A stretch of 64,000 bases of DNA. It comes from the human T2T-CHM13v2.0 reference genome, Homo sapiens. The translations under genes and the position numbers were made by a program. The stretch's first letter is position 1; the number at the start of each line of letters is the position of its first letter. This document shows positions 56,501 through 64,000 of this stretch, piece by piece. The stretch lies in assembly GCF_009914755.1 (NCBI RefSeq), contig NC_060942.1; one strand, 5' to 3'. Under the pieces are notes generated by a model that was not told where the DNA came from, made no database searches, and saw only the letters and a list, made by a program, of their open reading frames with translations.

Positions 56501-59500
56501 ATCATAACTAATAGTAGATCTTATTTTTTCATCTTTCAAATTGGCAGAACTGCAAATTGAACAAGCAAATATTAGCAAATCTAGATTTCTTCATAAACTG
56601 CTCATAATAACACAAAATTATATCAGACTTATGTAGAAAATTTTGGCAATATTTATCAAAATTAAATATCTGGAAATATAAAAACAGCAATTTTATATTA
56701 GGTTGTTATATATATTACCAACATTCCATCATTTTTATCCAAAACTGGTAATATTTTAACCTTATAAGAGCAAAAGACTGGAAACAATGTAAATGTTTAC
56801 GTATAGGGCATTTGTTATAATATATCCTTTCAATAGAATACAGTTGTAATTAAGAATCAGAAAGCTATTTAGTATATATATATATTTAGTATATATTTTT
56901 TTCATAAAAAGCAAAGAAAACATGGCACAATTTTAAACATTTGAGTGTAGAGAAGGTATAATTCATTTTATGTTGGTATGAGACAAAAATGGAGAAAGAA
57001 GAAAGAATAATTCCTCCAACTGCAAAATATGAAGATATTTCTAAAATTTCATGTAACAAAAAATAGTTTTTAGTCTCTTATTTTAAGTTACAAAAGTAAC
57101 TAAGAGAAAGACTAAAAATTGTATAAATCTGAAACATTGATGAGGGGTAAAGAAAGCAATAGTACAATGGATCTGCATCTGAACTTTTCATTTTAGAGTT
57201 GCTTAGATATTATCTAGTGTTTCTAAGTCTTAAAAAAGAGGAGAATAAGACTGATTTCAACCATGGGAATAAGCACCAAAAGAATGTGCCCCTGAACAAA
57301 GAGTGCTGAGGAAAGCAGAGTTAGCACTTCCATGTTACTTGATTCACCGGCTATTTTGATAAAAATGTTTTTAACAAAAGTTAATGAGTACAGGCAAAGA
57401 TTAAAAGATTATAAGATTCAGAAGGCAGGAGCTATATGTGATTTTGTTTACCACAGTTTCTATCATCCAATGTCTGCTATGTAGTAGATCTTAGTAAATA
57501 AGATATAAAGAGCTCTTAGAAGTCTCTAAGGAGTGGTCTCACCTAGAAAAGTTGGTAAAGCACATAAAGAGTTCAGAAAATAATTACAGGTAGCCAATAA
57601 ACATATTTAATGTCCAACCTCACTAGTAATGCAAGTTAAACCCACAGTGAGCTATCCCTTTCCCCAAATGAAATTGGAAGTATTTTACAGTAGCACATGT
57701 ACATATAGAAGCTGTGGTGAGGCATAACTCACACATAAGTAATTTAAGTATAAATTGGTTAACAAAAAAAAGAAAGAGAAAGCTTTCTGATAAACAATCA
57801 GAATTAGCAACAATCTTTACATCTTAATGCTTTGATGCAATATCCTTATTTATGGAAATCAATTCTAATGAAATAATCTGATATACAACAAAATATTAAT
57901 ATATAGGGAGTGTTTCACAGCCCTATTTAACACAATGAAATTGTCATGAATCTAAGTAGTTAACAATAATATTTAGATTAATTATGTATACCCAAATGAG
58001 AGAATAGTATTTCATTTTCAAAACTTTTGTTCCAAAATACACCCAATTAAATTGAAATGTTTATGATATGACAAATAAAAAAAGCAAAATACAAAACAAT
58101 AGATATATACCAACTTTGTGTGTATCGGTGTATAGGTATTATAAAATGGGAGAGAAAACATTGTAATAATGTGTAATATATTTCAGGATGTTAATAATGG
58201 TTATTTCTGGTTCTTTGGATTACAAATTATTTTTCTTTTTTTTTTTCTAAATTATCCAACTTTTCTACAAGGAAATTCTATTTTTAGAATTAATAACAAC
58301 AAATATTATTTCCTTAAAAGTAAAGTTATTCTAGTAATGGCAGAGCAGCTTGTAACGGGCTTACATAATGGACTACAGATAAAATTACAAACTCTGAACA
58401 AAATAGAGAAAATAAGTAGTCAGAGCAGAAAGAACCTGGAAGAGAGTCAACTTTGTAGGTTTGAATTTATGCAAGTTTTCACCTGGGAGGGGTCCACACA
58501 GGGTGGGATGTCTGGACCTTCAGCAGAAATCTGTCTCCCAGGCATGGATTCAGGAATGTCAGAGTATCCAGAACATGTGGAAGAAACTCCAGAAGAGAAC
58601 AGCACAATGTGGGGAAGTTGAAAAATCTGCATTTAAAATCTTTCCAAACTCTTAACCGATCCCTGATCTACAAATACTTAAGACTTCCAGGTGTCTAGCA
58701 GAAAGCAACAGTTTAAATGCAACTCTTTTTAAACTTAAAAAAGTCTTACAGACAGATTTTAGCTACTACCAACCGTAAGGGAGATGGCATTGAGAGTTTG
58801 AGTTGAGCCAGATTACTCGTGACGGAACAGTTATATACATTCTTCAGAGAAAGACAGCAGAACGTAGAGTCTCCGGAATGTTTTATAAACATTATTATTT
58901 TATAAACAAAATTCATAAACAAAACAGAAAAAAATATGATCCACAGTCAAGTGAGATATCAGTCATCAGGAACCAATTGAAAAATACAAATATATCAAAA
59001 TGTAGACCAGCTATTTTATTATAAATATGTCCAGAAACTCAAAAGAAAATATAGAATGAAAAGATGGGGAATTTCAACAGAAAAATAAAACTATAAAAAT
59101 GGAGATTTTAGAAATCAATGCTACGATATCTGAAATTTTAAAACTCAGTGGATGGGATTAGAAGAGGATTGGAAATGAAAGACATAGGATCAGTAAAAAC
59201 TGTCTAATCTGAAGAACAGAGAAAAGAAATAGAGTCTCAGTGACATGTGGGACAATAGAGTAGTCTAACAAGGAACAATCAAAGTCACAGAAGGAGAAGA
59301 GAGAGAATGAGGCAGAAAAAATATTTGAGGAAATAAGGGTGGAAAATGTTTCAAATTTATTGAAAACTAAAACTTAAATTTGAAGAAGTTCAGTGACGAC
59401 AAACATACTCAAGCACATCACAGTCAAACTGCAAGCAGCCAGAAAAAACAAAGACACATTACATACAGAGGAATGACATGAATGGCAGCTGACTTACATT

Positions 59501-61130
59501 CAGAAAAAAGAAATATAGAAAACAGTGAATATCCTTATAGTGCTAAAAGAAATATATAAATTGCCACCTAAAATTCTATGTCCAGCAAAGATATTCTTCA
59601 AAAATGAGAGTGAAATCATGATTTTGCAGAAATATAAAAAGTAAAAGAATTTGTTACTTGCAGACAAAGATGCAAAGAGAAAAAGAAATTATTCAGGCTA
59701 AAGAAGAGTACCACTAGATGAGAAGAATAAAAAATATGCCGTAAATATAAAATATTACCTTTTTCTTACCTTAATTTAAATATACATTATATATTCACCC
59801 ACATAGTTATAATACTCTACGTGGATAAATATAACCATAGCATTACACATTTCTTAAAGCTTGCTTGAAGAAGTACAATCTTAACTCTAGGTATACTGTG
59901 ATAAATTTAGGATATATATTATAATCCCTAGAGCAAACAACTACAAAATAATGTCAAATTTTATAATCAAAAAGTGTAGTAGAATAATTAAAATGGACCA
60001 CTAAAAATACATTCAAATAACACCACCCCGCAAAAAAAAAAAAAAAAAAAACACAGAAAAAGGGAAGAGAAGACCAAAAAAACTAAGAAAACTCAAGAAA
60101 ACATGGTAAACATCAACGATAGCAATAACATTTAACATTAAAAATTAATTCATTCTATTTAAAAATAGATTAAAACCTACAGATTGCCAGGTTGGATTTA
60201 AAGCATGGCTTCACTATAAAGATAGAAGATGATGTACTACAAAAATAGTAAGCCTAAGAAAGCTGGAACACCTGTATTAACATAAAACAAGTAAAATTTA
60301 ATTATTTTTTTAAAAAGGACACAGACATTTCATAATAATCAAAGGATAAATTAAAAACAGACATAACAATCCTAAATGTTCATGCAACAAATAACAGATC
60401 CTAAAATACAAGAAACAAAACATTTTTAAAGTTAGGAGAATAGATACATCCACAATTAAAGACTAATACTTCTCACTCAATAACTGATCAAAATAAATGG
60501 TTAAAAAATACATAAGTCTCCTGGTTTCCAATAAGCTATGTCAAAACCTAGAGAGACCCTCTTCACACTAAATTCCTTCATTCCCACACTTAAACCAGAA
60601 AATAAGACATATGTACTAAAAGTTTATAACTTCTCTTGAACCTATCAAAGAGCTGAGGTCATAGGGCAAGCTACTAACCCCAAATCTCAGGATATGGAGG
60701 AGTCTGCTGGGAAAGAAGTACATTAACATTTACTTACCAGGAGCAAGGCTATCAAACATCAATAAAAGAATTCAGCTGTAACAGCTGATGAATTGGTAAA
60801 GACAGACATAGTACAGACATTGTGAAGCACCTAAAGGCTACAGGTATAAGGAAGATTATAGCCTCCTTCAGACTTTTAACCTACAGCAGGCAATTTTATA
60901 GATTCCATTATGAATATTGAAAAGCAAATGAACTTGAATAGCCAAAACAATTTTGAAAAAAAGCCAACAAAGTCTGAGCATTAATACTACCTAATTTCAA
61001 GAATTACTATGAAGCTACGTTAATTGAAACAACATGGTATTGGTTAAAGGACAGATACGTAGATCAACAGAACAGAGTCTGGAAACAGACCCACAGAAAT
61101 AAAGCCAACTAATTTTTGGCAAAGATGCTG
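53600..61130 (+). mobile_element. Patchwork of highly diverged L1M (MC/MD/ME-age) fragments
   Basis: A-rich sequence with ORF2-, 3'- and ORF1-like remnants; boundaries approximate. Confidence 0.6.
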
Positions 61131-62074
61131 CTTCGAATATGCATAGTATAAAAGGCTATAAATTATCCAACACTACCTCACCAATATAACAAGTATGGAG
61201 ATTATTTTAATCTTCTGCCAATGCCTCTGGTAATTATAAATTATTGACTAGCTAATTTAGATGGCAACTTATATGAATACAATCTGAAAATCAAATTTTA
61301 AACATTATATATATATATATACATTATATATATACACACACACAGATACACACATATATGTAGTTTGTTTATTTTTATCTCCAGTAGAATAACAAATTAT
61401 ATTATTCTTCAAAGGAGGCACACTGTCTACTATTTGCAATATAATTTTAGTACATATTAAAATGCAAAGGGATTAGTAAAGAAGTAGAAGAGCCGAATCA
61501 CATTATTGGGACAACATAAAAGATTTGAATTGTCAAATCAGATTCACATGAATCGGAGATCTTACCTGATATGAAGCTTTACAAAAAATGTCAAGAATGC
61601 AAATGGTTTCTAGGCATAGGTAAAGCAGGAAAAGGTACATACATGTCAATACATCACGCAAATCCTTTGTCATACACTGGATATGCTTCAGCACAGAATA
61701 ACATTAGAAGTCTCTAATACATTACTTATTCAGAAAAGAGCTGGCGCAACCCTGAAATGAACCCAGTTTCTACCAAAATAGTGACATAGCTAATGCAACG
61801 TTTTTCAGGCAGCCATGACCTATAAATACAGAGTCTAGGCTACTTTATCATAAAAAATACTAGACCAGAAATATTCTGTTAAGAGCTCTTCATAGAGAGA
61901 TACTATCTCACTTTAAATATCATTGATTTGCTAGCCAGAGGATCTATCATCAGCACCAAGACACCTGACACTGTTTTTTCAAGGATGGATCCTCCAGTAA
62001 TAAGAAAGAATGAATGCATGATCTACTGCTTAACCATTTTCCTCCTATAAGCCATGAAGACATTATACCAACAT

Positions 62075-63010
62075 ATTCTACCGTTTGATTGAGCAATCCC
62101 ATTACTGGGTATCTACCCAGAGGAAAAGAATTTATTATACGAAAAAGATACTTGCACAGGCATGTTTATAGCAACACAATTTGCAATTGAAAAATATGGA
62201 AGCAGCCCAAATGCCCATGAATCAACGAGTGGATAATGTAAATGCGTGTGTGTATATATATAAAGTAAATATATATACACACACACATATACATATATGT
62301 ATACATATATACATATTTCAAATGTTTAAAAGATTATATGTATACATATATACACATATATGTACATACATATAGGTACATATAGGTATATATGTACATA
62401 TATGTGTATATTTGTATACATATATGCATGTGTATATATATGTGTACATATATACATATGTGTGTGTGTGTATATATATATAAAAAAAGGTGGTATGGCT
62501 GAGTAGTATTCCATGCTATATATATAGTATATATGGCTGAGTAGTATTCCATGGTGTGTGTGTATATATATATATATACACACACACATATACATATATA
62601 CACACACATATACATATATATATATAAATGTGGTATGAATATATATATATGGCATACTACTCAGCCATAAAAAGGAATGAAATAATGGTATTCACAGCAA
62701 CCTGGATGAAATTGGAGATTATTCTAAGTGAAGTAACTCAGGAGTGGAAAGCCAAACATCCATATGTTCTCACTCATATGGAGGAGCTAAGCTATGAGGA
62801 TGCAAAGGCATAAGTATGAAACACTGGACTTTGGGGACTTGGGGAAAGGGGTTAGGGGTGGCAAGGTATAAAAGACAACACATTGGGTACAGTGTACACC
62901 ACTCGGGTGGTGGGTCCACCAGAATCTCAGAGATCACCACTAAAGAACTTTTTCATGTAGCCAAACACTACCTGTTCCTCCAAAATCTACTGAAATAAAA
63001 AAATTAAAAA
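62075..63010 (+). mobile_element. L1PB1-like 3' end with expanded internal TA/CA tract (62240-62650)
   Basis: gagctaagctatgaggatgcaaaggcataag...aatctcagagatcaccactaaagaact. Confidence 0.85.
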
Positions 63011-63100
63011 TTGGAGTAAATAGGTACAATGTCTCCAATTTACCCTCAAATGGTTCAGAAAAAGTTGTGAATGCATAAATATATGGGTCAAATACATAAC

Positions 63101-63721
63101 CAGCTAGTCCTCATTATTCAAGGATTCCATGTTTGTGAATTTGCCTGTTCGCTAAAATTTATCTGTAGCTCAAAATCAATGCTCCCAGAGCTTCAGTGAT
63201 CATTTGTGGACTAAGGCAGAGTGGTCAGAAATTTGAGTTGACTGCCTTGCCTGTTTCCAGCTGGGGTCCAACAAGAATATGCTCTGCCTTCTTGTTTCAG
63301 CTCTTATATTATAAGCAAGTGTCCTTTCTGGGGTCTATTTAGTAACACGTTGTTCACATTTTTCTGATTTTTGTTGGTGATTTTGCCGTTTAAAATGACC
63401 CCCAATTGCAGTGCAGAAGTGCTATCCAGTGTTAGAAGTGCAAGGAGGCTGTGATGTACCCTAAGGGGAAAATGCATCTGTTAAATAAGCTTCTTTCAGA
63501 CCTGAGGGATAGTGCTGTTGATCACAGTTCAGTTGTAATGAACCATCATTATATATTAAATTAGGAGTCTTAGAAACACATAGAAAACAAGGTTCAGTAC
63601 TGATCAGTTGATAAAAACAAGGTTGTGATCAGAGACTCATGTAAACTAGTATTCACTTATTCAAAGTCCATGGCAACTTTATGGAACAAAACTACCGTGA
63701 ATAAATAATGAGAATCAATTG
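63101..63721 (+). mobile_element. MER82-like TcMar-Tigger element
   Basis: cagctagtcctcattattc...aataatgagaatcaattg inverted termini; ctctgccttcttgtttcagctc internal match. Confidence 0.8.
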
Positions 63722-64000
63722 TGTGTGTGTGCTTACACACATACACGGCAAATGGAACAAAAATTAACAATTGCTGCTGGATCTGGGCAGAGAGTGTTTG
63801 AAAATTCCTTTTACTACTTTTACAACTTTTCTGCAAGTTAGAAATATGATCAAGACAAAAATTCACCAAAATAGATCATAGATAAATTATTACAAAATAC
63901 CTTTGCTAACAAGAGTCACAAATTGTTTTCTTTTCCTCTGGAAATCTGATACGATTTGGGAATCTAGTTATTTGTCTGGTATTCTGTGGAAAAGTAGAGA

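Noticed and set aside
58169-58655. 150-aa ORF and overlapping ORFs
   Set aside because: Lie in decayed L1 sequence with low-complexity composition

Overview
AT-rich human genomic DNA; the AluYb8 with its diagnostic 7-bp duplication is human-specific. I recognise no protein-coding gene, RNA gene or CpG island, so the window looks intergenic or deep-intronic. Much of it is interspersed repeats: Alus, L1s of many ages, L2/MIR, solo LTRs (THE1B, MSTA, MLT1, MLT2A2, MER50, MER21C), a near full-length Tigger1 and MER82. Family names are assigned from remembered consensus sequences, not from a search. The main signals a repeat annotation would not explain are these. (1) Two separate non-Alu inverted duplications, each about 93% identical by hand alignment, with 1.2-1.5 kb spacers (13935-14129/15580-15772 and 48660-48976/50197-50512). 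(2) A twin-primed, 5'-inverted young L1 (21716-23320) lacking about 1.1 kb at its inversion point; the junction creates an ATG-to-TAA 336-aa ORF spanning the L1 reverse-transcriptase core. (3) A 5'-truncated AluYb8 tail-to-tail about 100 bp from an AluY. (4) Smaller inverted and direct micro-duplications suggesting repeated template switching. Nothing here demonstrates a new biological system; these are testable structural leads.
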